Shown: one piece after another, positions 51,362 through 62,400 of the stretch
Position numbering within the stretch: the stretch's first letter is position 1
Layout: every line of letters starts with the position of its first letter
Assembly (NCBI GenBank): GCA_963792585.1
Contig: CAWBWI010000004.1
Span: 266,548 to 330,547 of the forward strand
Direction of reading: 5' to 3'
Source: Candidatus Eiseniibacteriota bacterium
GTDB taxonomy: Bacteria; Eisenbacteria; RBG-16-71-46; CAIMUX01; VGJL01
Length of the DNA: 64,000 nucleotides
Notes under the pieces: generated by a model
Databases searched by the model: none
The model's input: the letters and a program-made list of their open reading frames with translations, nothing else
What the model was told of the DNA's origin: nothing
Program-made: the position numbers and the translations under genes

Positions 51362-52546
51362 TTGGAGCATCGCAAGGGGGGCGCGGCTGGCGGGGCGATC
51401 GTCGCCCTCATCTTCGCGATCTTCCTTCCCCTCCCCGCCGCGGCCGCCGTGTCCCCTGTGACCGACTTGTCGGTCGTCGACAAGCCCCTCGATGCCGGTC
51501 GCTCGCTGCGGATCACCTTCGGCCGTTCCATCGGCGACTCCATTGGCCGGGGTGACGTCGCCCGCTACGAGTTGCTCCGCCGCGGTCCCAAGGACTCCGC
51601 CTTCGTCTCCGTAAAGACCTTCCTCGCCAACCAGCGAGGGGAACGATTTGCGTTCGAAGACATGAACGTTCGTCCAAACGGCGGATACCGCTACTTCGTC
51701 CGCGCCCTCGCGAAGGACGGAATTCATGCCGACGGCGCCGAGGTCGGCCCGGTGATTCCGACCCGCGCGTGGTTCAACAACGTCAGGACCAACACCCTGA
51801 TCGCGACGCTCTGCTTCTTCGGATTGGTTCTAGGCTTCATCCGCGCCGCCCGCGGAGGAGCGAACCTCTTCATCCGCCGCATCGCGGGACTCGATGCGAT
51901 CGACGAGGCGGTCGGCCGATGCACCGAGATGGGGAAGGCGGTTCTCTACATCCCCGGGATCAGCACGATCCAGGACGTCGCCACGATCGCCTCCTTGAAC
52001 ATCCTCGGACAGGTCGCCAAGAAGATCGCGAGCTACCAGAGCCGGATCATCGTGCCCAACCGCGATCCGATCGTCTACCCGGTCACCCAGGACGTCGTAA
52101 AGCTCGCCTTCACGCGAGGCCGGCTACCCGCAGGACTATCGTGACGATGACGTCTACTTCGTGACGCAACGACCAGTTCGCCTATGCCGCGGCCGTCTGC
52201 GGGACGATGGTCCGCGAGAAGCCGGGCGCGAACCTGTTGCTCGGTATGTTCTACGCCGAATCCCTCGTGCTGGCCGAGACCGGCTCCTCGGTTGGAGCGA
52301 TCCAGATCGCCGGCACCGACGCAGTTGCGCAACTCCCCTTCTTCGTCACCGCCTGCGACTACACGATCATCGGCGAGGAGCTCTACGCGGCCAGCGCCTA
52401 CATCGGGCGCGAACCCACCCTGCTCGGAAGCCTCAAGGGGCAGGACGTCTTCAAGGCGATCTGCATCGTCCTCATCGTCGCTCGGGGTAGCCTCGACGAC
52501 CATCGGAGTGCTGACGGGCAGGATCCCCGATCACCTTCATCAATGA
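51362..52546 (+). CDS. Fn3-like domain plus DUF6754-like membrane protein (frameshifts near 52125 and 52480)
   Basis: IRRIAGLDAIDEAVGRCTEMG, FYAESL, QLPFFVTACDYTIIGEELYAASAY; family name recalled, not searched. Confidence 0.75.
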
Positions 52547-52574
52547 CCTCTTACGCGTGAGGGGCGGGAGCGGA

Positions 52575-53196
52575 TGAAGACTCCAGCTTCCCCTCTTCAT
52601 CTGCCGGTCGCCGGTCTCTTCATGGCGGTCGCAGTACTTCATGCCGGCCGCGCTCCCCATCTACGACCGGATCAACGACTACCTGCAGATCGTCATATGC
52701 ATTCTCCATCGTCTTGGGCGTGGTGAGCGTCATCCACCGCCACGGAGGAAAAGTCGCAGCGACGCGCAAGAAGGACTGGCCCTACAGCGCTGGCCGCCCT
52801 CGCCGCCATGGTCCTGATGCTCTTGGCGGGTTTCATCGGCGGCCGCGGCTCCCGGATTCGCTCTTCCAGTCGCTTTTCAGGCGGTGCTTCTCCCCGTCCA
52901 GGCGACGATGTTCGCGCTGCTGGCCTTCTATCTGGCGTCGGCGGCCTTCCGGCCGTTCCGCACCCGCAGCACCGACGCGACCGTTCTGCTCATCGCTGCG
53001 GTGATCGTGATGATCGGGCGACTCGACGACGGGCAGTCGCTGCGGATTCCGGACATCTCCCGCTGGATCCTGAACTGCCCCGAACCTCGTGGCGAAGCGG
53101 GCGATCCTGATCGGAGTAGGCCTGGGCATGACCTCGACCGCGCTCAAGGTCATTCTGGGAATCGAACGCTCCTACCTCGGGTCGGGAAAGGAGTAG
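52575..53196 (+). CDS. Uncharacterised polytopic membrane protein (frameshifted)
   Basis: [17 protein letters not shown] and [25 protein letters not shown] in shifting frames. Confidence 0.7.
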
Positions 53197-53199
53197 GCG

Positions 53200-54042
53200 T
53201 TGAATCTGCGCGACCTGCTCCTGAAGACCCAGAAGATCGACCGGCGGATCATCTACACCGTCCTCTTCGTAGCTGTCATCCTCCCCTTCTACATCTCCTG
53301 GCCATCCGTGCGGATCGATGTCTCCCGGGAAGTCGAGGACACGTACAAGACGATCGATGCCATACCGCCGCACGACAATCCGCTGTTGCTCTCGTTCGAT
53401 TACGACCCGGCCTCCGCCGCCGAACTGACGCCGATGGCCGAGGCGGTCCTCCGCCACTGCTTCTCGAAGGGAATCCGCGTTCTCGTGATCAGTCTGCAGT
53501 TCACAGGACAGGGGGCGGGAATCGCGAGCGAGGTCGTTCCCAGGATCGCCGCCGAATACGGCCGTCAGAAGAACGTCGACTGGGCCTTCCTGGGATTCCA
53601 GCCGAACGCGTCCGTCGCCATGCTCCAGATGGGGGAGAGCATCAAGAGGACCTTTCCGGTCGACTACTACGGGACGCCCTACGAGCAGATCCCGCTTCTC
53701 CAGTCGATTCAGAACTACGATCAGATTCCGGCCGCGATCTCGTTCACCTCGACGGCCATCGGCGAAGCCTGGGTGATCTACCCGGGCACGCGCTACGGGC
53801 TTACCGTCCTCCTCGGATTGACCGCGGTCTACACGGCCGACATGCAACCCTTTTACCAGAGCGGGCAGGTGAAGGGGATGCTCGGTGGATTGAAGGGGGC
53901 CGCGGAGTACGAGAAGCGGATCGGGCGATTGGGTGACGGAACCGACGGGATGCGTTCGCAGAAGCTCGTTCACTATATGATGATCGGCTTCATCGTGATC
54001 GGGAACATCGCTTACTGGTTGTCCCGTAGGCAGGCATCCTGA
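53200..54042 (+). CDS. Uncharacterised membrane protein (280 aa)
   Basis: Intact ORF; DRRIIY, SFDYDP, GMLGGLKGAAEYE; transmembrane segments at both ends. Confidence 0.88.
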   Translation: MNLRDLLLKTQKIDRRIIYTVLFVAVILPFYISWPSVRIDVSREVEDTYKTIDAIPPHDNPLLLSFDYDPASAAELTPMAEAVLRHCFSKGIRVLVISLQFTGQGAGIASEVVPRIAAEYGRQKNVDWAFLGFQPNASVAMLQMGESIKRTFPVDYYGTPYEQIPLLQSIQNYDQIPAAISFTSTAIGEAWVIYPGTRYGLTVLLGLTAVYTADMQPFYQSGQVKGMLGGLKGAAEYEKRIGRLGDGTDGMRSQKLVHYMMIGFIVIGNIAYWLSRRQAS

Positions 54043-54707
54043 TGCAGACCCCGGGCTTCGACATTCTCTGGACGCTGCTGGCGGCCTTCATCACCCTGGC
54101 GATCTTCTCGTTCCTCTACCGGGACAACCCGCTGTACAAGCTCGCCGAGCATATCGCCGTCGGAATCTCGGTCGGCTTCGTGGTTGTGACGTCCTACAAC
54201 AATGTCTTCAAACCGAAGGTGTGGGACATGATCCTGCACCAGGGCCAGCTCGACTACCTGATCCCCCTCTTCTTCGGTCTGATCCTCTTCACGCGCTTCG
54301 TCCCCAAGATCGGATGGTTGAGTCGCTGGGCGATCGCCTTCTATATCGGGGGCTTTTCCGGCCTCTCGATCCCGTCCACGATCGAGGGGCGGGTGCTGGG
54401 CCAAGCCGAGGCGACCATTCGCTCCCTCGTCACCATCGATGCGACGAAGGGGTTCTACCACAACTTCCTCGCATCCGTCGACGCGACCTTCCTCGTCGTG
54501 GGGACCTTGGCCTGCCTCGTCTTCTTCCTCTTCTCCATCGAGCACAAGGGGCCCGTGGGCAAGTTCGCCTACTTCGGCAGGCTCTGCATCATGGCCGGCT
54601 TCGGGGCCTCGTTCGGCTACACGGTCATGGCCCGCGTCTCGCTCCTCATCGGGCGGGTCCAGTTCATGACCCGGGACGTGGTCGACGCGATCGGCCGCAT
54701 CTTCTGA
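54042..54707 (+). CDS. Uncharacterised polytopic membrane protein (221 aa)
   Basis: FSFLYRDNPLYKLAEH, FGASFGYTVMAR; start overlaps the upstream stop. Confidence 0.9.
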   Translation: MQTPGFDILWTLLAAFITLAIFSFLYRDNPLYKLAEHIAVGISVGFVVVTSYNNVFKPKVWDMILHQGQLDYLIPLFFGLILFTRFVPKIGWLSRWAIAFYIGGFSGLSIPSTIEGRVLGQAEATIRSLVTIDATKGFYHNFLASVDATFLVVGTLACLVFFLFSIEHKGPVGKFAYFGRLCIMAGFGASFGYTVMARVSLLIGRVQFMTRDVVDAIGRIF

Positions 54708-54770
54708 TCCGTCCGCTCTTTTTTCGGTAACTTTCGGCTCCCCCAGGGATAGTTATCGCGAGATGGCTGC

Positions 54771-55244
54771 ATGAGCGCGATCGAGGAGATCTACAGAGCG
54801 TACGCGCCCGACGTGCACCGATTCGCCTACTGGCTGTGCGGCGACCGGGCGGAGGCGGAGGACATCGTGTCCGAAACCTTCGTGCGCGCCTGGGCGGGCG
54901 CCGACGACCTGCGGGCGGCAACCGTGAAGGCCTACCTGCTCACGATCGCCCGCAATCTCTACCTGAAGAGGAGGCGACGCGCGTTGAAGCAGACCGCGAT
55001 CGATCCGGCACTGCCCGACCCGGGACCCGATCCGTCGCGCCGCGCCGAGCAGCAAGAGGAGATCGACGCCGTCCAACGCGCGCTCGCCTGCCTGCCGGAG
55101 ATCGACCGGGCCGCGCTCCTGATGCGCGTCGAAGAGGAACTGCCCTACGAGGAGATCGCCCGGGCGCTGAGGATCTCCCTGACTGCGGCAAAGGTGAAAG
55201 TCCACCGTGCGCGCATCCGCCTGGCGGAGAAGTGCAATCGATAG
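54771..55244 (+). CDS. ECF sigma-70 factor
   Basis: AEDIVSETFVRAW, LLTIARN, YEEIA, KVKVHRAR. Confidence 0.93.
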   Translation: MSAIEEIYRAYAPDVHRFAYWLCGDRAEAEDIVSETFVRAWAGADDLRAATVKAYLLTIARNLYLKRRRRALKQTAIDPALPDPGPDPSRRAEQQEEIDAVQRALACLPEIDRAALLMRVEEELPYEEIARALRISLTAAKVKVHRARIRLAEKCNR

Positions 55245-55254
55245 GAGAATTCCG

Positions 55255-55671
55255 ATGAAGGTGACTCGCGATGTCGTGACCGATCTGCTCCCGGCCTACT
55301 TCTCCGGCGAGGCGAGCCCCGATACGCGGGTTCTCGTGGAGGCCTTCTTCGGCCAGGACCCCGAATTCGCAAGACTCGCCCGCTCGCAGGCCGGTCCGTG
55401 GCAAGGGCTCGTTCCACCCCGGCCGCTCACCAAGGAGGATGCGATGCGCACGATTCAGCGAACGAAGAGGATGATCCGACTGCGAGGCACGTTCCTGGGG
55501 CTTGCGATCTTCTTCACGGCGCTTCCCTTCTCAGTCTACGGCGATTCCCATCAGGTTCGGTGGGCTTGGCAGGAGTTCCCCGCGGGCTCGTCGATCGCCG
55601 CTCTGCTCGCCGCTTGCGCCTGGCTATTCTATTTCCGCTTCTGCAGGAACTTGCGGGCGATGGGCGCTTGA
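55255..55671 (+). CDS. Probable membrane-anchored anti-sigma factor
   Basis: DLLPAYFSGEASPDT (zf-HC2-like but without Cys); two TM segments; follows the ECF gene. Confidence 0.8.
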   Translation: MKVTRDVVTDLLPAYFSGEASPDTRVLVEAFFGQDPEFARLARSQAGPWQGLVPPRPLTKEDAMRTIQRTKRMIRLRGTFLGLAIFFTALPFSVYGDSHQVRWAWQEFPAGSSIAALLAACAWLFYFRFCRNLRAMGA

Positions 55672-57170
55672 TCGCCCCTCACGGCCCCCGCCGGGCGGCG
55701 GACCGCCCGCGCGTCGGCCGCCCGCGGCGCGCCCGGGCCGGATCCTCTGGTCCGGGGCGACCAGCCCGAGCTTCTCCATGCGATACCGGAACTGCCCCCG
55801 TCCCATGGAGAGGGAAGCGGCGGCCGCGCTCACATTTCCACCCGCCTTCTCCAGCGCATGCGCGATGGCCGCCCGCTCGATTTCATCGAACGAGACTCCA
55901 TCGGGAATCTCGAGGCGGACGGCGCTCCCGTCCCTGCGAACCCGAACAACGCGATCCGACGCGATCGACTCGGGAATGTCATCGGGGGAGATCTCGTCGC
56001 CGGCCCCCGCAAGCAGAACCGCCCGTTCACAGAGGTTCACGATCTCCCTGACATTGCCCGGCCAAGGCTGTCGCTCGAGGCCCGTCAACGCCGCGGCACT
56101 CCACCGCAGCTTGGGCTTTCCCTGCTTCCGCGCGAAGTGGAGGAGGAAGTGCTCGAGGAGCTGCGCGATATCTCCCGGCCGTTCGCGGAGCGGCGGGATC
56201 CGAATCTTGATCACGTGGAGCCGATGGAACAGGTCGAGCCGGAACCGTCCCGGCGCGCGCCTCCTGCTCGAGGTCCTTCTGCGTGGCGGTGATCACGCGG
56301 ACGTCGACTTCACGCTCTTCGAGTCCCCCCACGCGCCGATAGCGGCCCGAGTCGAGGAACTTCAGGATCTTCGCCTGTACCTGCGGCTCGGTCTCCGCCA
56401 CCTCGTCCAGAAAGAAGGTCCCGGAATCGGCCAGTTCGAGCAGTCCCGGCTTCGCCGTCTGCGCGTGCGTGAAGGCGCCCTGCTCGTGCCCGAAGAGCTC
56501 CGATTCAAGGAGTTGACCGGGCAAGGAGGCGCAGTTGACCTCGACGAAGGCCGATGCGACACGTGGGCTCTCGCGGTGGATCGCGCGCGCGAACGCCCCC
56601 TTGCCCGTGCCCGTCTCTCCCTCGATCAGGATCACGGTGCTAGGGCTCGCGGCCGCGCGACGGGCGAGATCGCACGCCTGGCGGAACGATGGAGCGCTCC
56701 CGATCAGATCGTCGAAGCTGGGGAATTCGCGGCTGCGTGAGCGGACACGAACCTGCTCGGCCCGACGCGAACGCAGCGCCGCGCGGAAGACACGGCGGAC
56801 TTCGGCCGTGTCCAGCGGCCAGCTGAACCAATGGCGGATCCCGAGACGCCCCAACTCCGCGGGAACCGGTGGATGGTGATCCCTGGCGACCAGGAATAGC
56901 TGGCAGTCGGGATGGCGGTGCTTGAGTTCCTCGAGGGCGGCGGGCTCCACCGACTTGGATCCAAGGTCGGCGAGCAGCCAACCGGGTCGAAGCGGAGGAA
57001 CATCTTCCGGCGGGCTCGGGAAGGGCGTTCATCGTCGGACCTGGGTCCCGGTCCCTTCGACGATGCGCCTCACGCATCTCGGCCACCCGAGGATCATCGC
57101 CGACCACCCAGAATCCGGGCGAATCGGCCTCAGCGGATCCCTCGCCGCCCTCAGGAAGGCTGCAACCGCC
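55624..57170 (-). CDS. Sigma54-dependent Fis-family AAA+ activator (frameshifted; start approximate)
   Basis: GETGTGK, ESELFGHEQGAFTHA, FLDEV, WPGNVRE, C-terminal HTH. Confidence 0.88.
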
Positions 57171-57770
57171 GGACCTCTCGAAACGCGAACTCTTGCGGGA
57201 CGCAGAAGCAACCCACGGAACAGGTACCCCGGCTGCAGTGTCTCGAGGATCGTCCCCTCCGGATACTCTTCCGAAGGGCTGGTCACATCGCTTCGTGACC
57301 GTTTGCATCGAACGGAGTTCCCGCGTCGGTCGGTTGCCGTTCCAGGCCGACGGAGCGGGCGTAGTCCTCGAGTCTCGTGAGGGTCAGCAGCAGTCCCTCC
57401 GCATCCGCATCGGGATCGATGCGTCTCCCCGAAGGATCGGGCACGGTCCAGGTCATCCAGGATCGGTAGGAGACCGGTCAAGAGCTTCACCCTTTGCCCT
57501 GTTATCCCATTCGGCACTTCTCGCGCTGGATCCTGCGCCGGAAATTGGCGAACTCCGCCTGCAGCCTCTGAAGCTGCTCGAGATCGGTCATCTCCTCCGC
57601 AGAGATGATGCGGGCGTCCTCCGCAGGCTCGGGTCGGCCCCTCTTCGAGCCGGTCCGCCAACTCCTCGGAAGGCGCGGAGGAGGCTGAGGATTCGCCGTT
57701 CGGCGTGCAATCGGGCATCGGTTTCAGGTGGGATCACCCTCTGTCCCTTCCCTTTCCGGTGCGGTTTCAT
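57165..57770 (-). CDS. grpE: Nucleotide exchange factor GrpE (frameshifted)
   Basis: AEFANFRRR, LLPILDDLDRA, ILETLQPGY..LLRPARVRV. Confidence 0.85.
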
Positions 57771-58062
57771 TCTCTGCCGCCGTCCGGTCCTTCCCTCTGC
57801 TTCTCGTCGAGGTAGTTCAGTCGCAGCGTCGTCAACACCTGGCGCAGGAACGTCTCCTCATCATTGGTGAGGTTGCCGCGTGGTCTTCTCGTCGAGCATT
57901 CCCAGCAGGTCGATCGTGAAGCGGGCCGCATCGAGATTCCGTTCGAGCTGACCCGTTCCGGGATCGCACGAACTTGCCCATGTAGATCATCGCCCCGTAC
58001 TGCTGTTGGGCGACGAACGCCCGGAACAGATCCCCCATGTCGACTTGGACCTGATCTTCCAT
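57770..58062 (-). CDS. DUF1844-like small protein (frameshifted)
   Basis: AMIYMGK...ARFTIDLLGML.EKTTR..NLT pattern. Confidence 0.65.
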
Positions 58063-58069
58063 CCTCCCC

Positions 58070-59435
58070 CTAGCTCGTCTTTCCCTTGTCCTCGTCGACG
58101 ACCTCGTAGTCGGCGTCGACCGGGCCGCCGCCTTGTCCGCCGCCACCCACCCTCGCGCCTCCGGGGGCTCCGGTTCGGCCTGCGCAGGACCGCCGGATTG
58201 CTTGTACATCTCGGCGGCCAACTCGTGGAGTTCCTTCTGCAGGGTCTCCATGGCGCTCCGGATCGGACCAGGGCTCTCGGAGGAGGCTCTCCTTCACCCG
58301 CGAGATCGCCGGCTCGATGCGTCCGCGACGATCGGCGTCCACCTTCTCGCCCCACTCCTTGAGGTTCTTCTCCGTCTCGTAGACCATGTTCTCGGCCTGA
58401 TTGCGCGCGTCGATCAGCTCGCGGCGGGCCTTGTCGTCGCTGGCGTGCTGCTCGGCGTCCCGGACCATCTTCTGGATCTCGGTTTCGGTGAGCCCCGATC
58501 CCGACTCCACGCGGATCGACTGCTCGCGCCCCGTCGCCTTGTCCTTCGCCGAGACCTTGAGGATCCCATTGGCGTCGATGTCGAAGGTCACCTCGATCTG
58601 CGGCATCCCGCGCGGCGCGGGAGGAAGTCCGGTGAGCTGGAAGCGTCCGAGCGACTTGTTGTCGGCCGCCATCTCGCGCTCCCCCTGCAGGACGAGGATC
58701 TCCACCGTCGTCTGGTTGTCGGCGGCGGTCGAGAAGATCTGGCTCTTGCGGGTCGGAATCGTCGTGTTCCGTTCGATCAGCCTCGTGCAGACTCCGCCGA
58801 GCGTCTCGATGCCGAGCGACAGCGGGGTCACGTCGAGCAGCAGGACGTCCTTCACCTCTCCGGCCAACACGCCCCCCTGGATGGCCGCGCCAACCGCGAC
58901 GACCTCGTCCGGGTTCACACCCTTGTGGGGCTCGCGATTGAAGAGCTGGCGCACCACCTCCTGGACCTTCGGGATGCGGGTCGAGCCGCCGACCAGGATC
59001 ACCTCGTCGATGTCGGAAGCCGTGAGGCCCGAATCCTTCATCGCCTGCTTGCAGGGGCCAACGGTCCGTTGGATCAGGTCGTCGACCAGTTGCTCGAACT
59101 TCGAGCGGGTCAGCGTGATGTTCAGGTGCTTCGGACCGCTCTGGTCCGCCGTGATGTAGGGCAGATTGATCTCACTCTGCATCGTGGAGGAAAGCTCGCA
59201 CTTCGCCTTCTCCGCCGGCCTCCTTGAGGCGCTGCAGGGCCATCGCGTCCTTGCGCAGATGATCCCGTTCGAGGCCCGGAACTCGTGGGCCAGCCAGTCG
59301 ATGATCCGCTGAATGAAAATGGTCCCCGCCCAGATGCGTGTCGCCGTTGGTCGACTTGACCTCGAAGACGCCGTCTCCGAGTTCGAGGATCGAGATATCG
59401 AAGGTCCCCGCCGCCGAGGTCGTCGACGGCGATCT
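58070..59435 (-). CDS. dnaK: Chaperone DnaK, C-terminal ~70% (5' part lost at the fold-back point)
   Basis: [57 protein letters not shown]. Confidence 0.95.
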
Positions 59436-59448
59436 TTTCGTCCTTCTT

Positions 59449-62400
59449 GACCTCGGCGGCGCCTTCGATATCTCGATCCTCGAACTCGAGACGCGTCTTC
59501 GAGGTCAAGTCGACCAACGAGCGAACAGCGTGCTGGCGGGGAACCGATGATCGACTGGCTGGCCGACGAGTTCCGGGCCTCCAACGAGATCGATCTGCGC
59601 AAGGACGCGATGGCCCTCAGCGCCTCCAAGGAGGCCGCGGAGAAGGCGAAGTGCGAGCTTTCCTCCACGATGCATGGGGTCAGATCTGCCCCTACATAGC
59701 GGCCAGAGCCAGAGCGGCCCGAAGACGGAAACATCAGGCCTCACCCGCTCGAAGCTGAGCAACTGATGGCGGCCTGCTCGACATGCAAGCAGGCATTGAA
59801 GGACGCGGGTCTGAGGCCCGTCCGACGTCGATGATGATTCTGGTCGGCGGGTCGACCCGAAGGTTCAGGAAGACGGTCCGCACCTCTTTCAACCGTGAGC
59901 CCCAAGTGGGGTGGAACCCGGGTGGGGTTTATGAGCAGTGGCGCGGCGACAAATACCAGGGCAGAGCGTCCTTGCCGCAAGGTGAAGGAGAATATGTGCT
60001 CCTGGACGTGACCCCACTCTCGCTCAGGATCGAGACACTTGGGCGGCAGTGTCGACGAAGCTGATCGAACGAAACACGACGATTCCGACCCGCAAGGGCA
60101 GATCTTCTCGACTCCGCCGCGGACAGCCAGACGATGGTCGAGGTCCATGTCCTCCAGGGGGAGCGTGAGCTGACCGCCCACAACAAGAGCCTGGGCCGGT
60201 TCCAGCTGACGGATTCCATCGGCGCCGCGCGGGACGCCACGGTCGAGGTTTCACCTTCGACATCGACGCCAACGATCCTGAAGGTCTCCGCGGAGGACAA
60301 GGCGACCGGGCACGAGCAGTCGATCCGGATCGAGGCCGGCTCGGGACCGAGACGAGGATGGGGAGATGGTCCAGGATGCGGAGTCCGTCACGCGGCCGAG
60401 GACAAGGAGCGTCGTGAGCTGATCGACTCCCGGAACCAGGCGGAAGACCCTCGTCTACGAGACGGAGAAGGATTGAAGGACTGGGGGGAGAAGGTCGATC
60501 CCGCGACGCGCGCGAAGGTCCGAGGCCGAGATGGCGAAGGTCCGCGAGGCCTCGGCAGCGATCCGCGACGACGATCCCCGCGCCGCGCAGGAACAGCTCA
60601 GAAGGGATTCCGCGCCGAGCTGGCGGCCAGATGTACAAGCAGGCAGGCGGACCCGAGCAGCAGACTTCCGGCTTCCGGTGGCCCCGAGGGTCGCCGGTCA
60701 ATACGAACTACGAAATAGTGGACGAAACAACAAACGGGCAGGGAACCAGGATGCCGGAGCCGAACGAGGCTTTGTTCTTCACTTGGTCCTACAGCAGCAG
60801 ATCGCGGCCATGATGTATCTCGGCAAGGAATGGTGGACCGGACACGGGTCAGCTCGAACGCGATCTCGAGTGGCCAAGTTCACCATCGAAGTGCCTGCTG
60901 GGAATGTTGGAGGACAAGACCAAGGGAAGAGCCTGACCGATGAGGAGAAGCTTCCGCCTCCTCACAGGTCGTGAGCCACCCTGCGCTTGAAGTTCGTCGA
61001 CGGAGAAGAAGAGGAAGAACGCCGAGCCTGATGCTGCGATGGAGCCGAGCCGGCCGGAACCGAGGTGATCCCGCCTGAAAGTTCCGGACACCATTCCACG
61101 CCAATGGCGAATCCTCGACCTCCTCCGCGCCGTCCGAGGAGTTCAGCGACCGGCTCGAAGAGGGTGCGACCCCGGAGCTCAGAGGACGCCGTCGTCTCTG
61201 CGGAGGAGATGACCTGTCGAGCAGCTTCAGAGGCTGCAGGGCCGAGTTCACCAATTTCCGGCGCAGGATCCAGCGCGAGAAGGCCGATGGGATACCGGGC
61301 AAGGGGTGAGGTCTTGAGCCGCTGCTCCTGCGACTGCCCACATGCCGATCCTTCTGGGAGACCATCCTCCCGATGCGATCAGAAGGAGCTGCTTCTGACC
61401 TCGCGAGACTTGACTACGCCCCGCTCCGTGCGCTAGAAAGGCGAACCGACCGACGCGGAACTCCGTTCGAGTGCGAACGGCAGCACGAAGCACTGTTGAC
61501 CAGCCCTTCGGAGGGGACGATCCTCGAGACATTGCAGCCGGGGTACCTGTTCCATCAGTCTGCTGCGTCCCGCAAGAGTTGGCGTTTCGAGAGGTCGAGC
61601 AGTTGAGCTTTCTGAAGGCGGCGAGGGATCGGCTCAGGCCGACTCTCTCGGGTTCTGGGTAGTCAGCAGTGACCTCGGGTGGCCAACTGCGTCGGGCGCG
61701 CCGTCGAAGGCGCCGGGACCCCGATCCGATCGCTGATCGCGCTTCCCAGATCCTCCTGGAGACCTTCCTCCGCTTCGACCCGGTTGGCTGCTCGCCGACC
61801 TTGGATCCGAGTCGGTGGAGCCAGCAGGCCCTCGAGGAACTACGACACCGCCATCCCGACTGCCGGCTGCTCCTGGTCGCCAGGATCGCCGTCCACCGGT
61901 TCCCGCCGAGTTGAGCATATTCGGATCCGCCATTGGTTCAGCTGGCCGCTGGACACAGCCGAGTCGCGTCTTCCGCGCGGCGCTGCGTTCGCGTCGGGCC
62001 GAGCAGGTTCGTGTCCGCTGCACGCAGGCCGCGAATTCCCCGACAGCTCGACGATCTGATCGGGAGCGCTCATCGTTCCACCAGGCATGCGATCTCGCCC
62101 GTCGCGCCGCCGCGGGGCCGCACGCCGCATCCTGATCGAGGGAGAGACGGCACGGGCAAGGGGGCGTTCGCGCGCGCGATCCGCCGCGAGCCCACGTGTC
62201 GCATCGCCCTCGTCGAGGTCGACTGCGCCTCCCTGCCTGGTCGCTTCTTGAATCGGAGCTCTTCGGGCGGGCGCCTTCACGCACGCGCAGACGGCGAAGC
62301 CGGACTGCTGCGACTGGCCGATTCCGGACCTTCTTTCTGGACGAGGTGGCAGCCGAGCAAGTACAGGCGGAGGTCCTGAAGTTCCTCGACTCGGGCCACT

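Noticed and set aside
54727..54756. ECF autoregulatory promoter (GTAAC...GTTA)
   Set aside because: Spacing and -10 match are too loose to call without homologous upstream regions.
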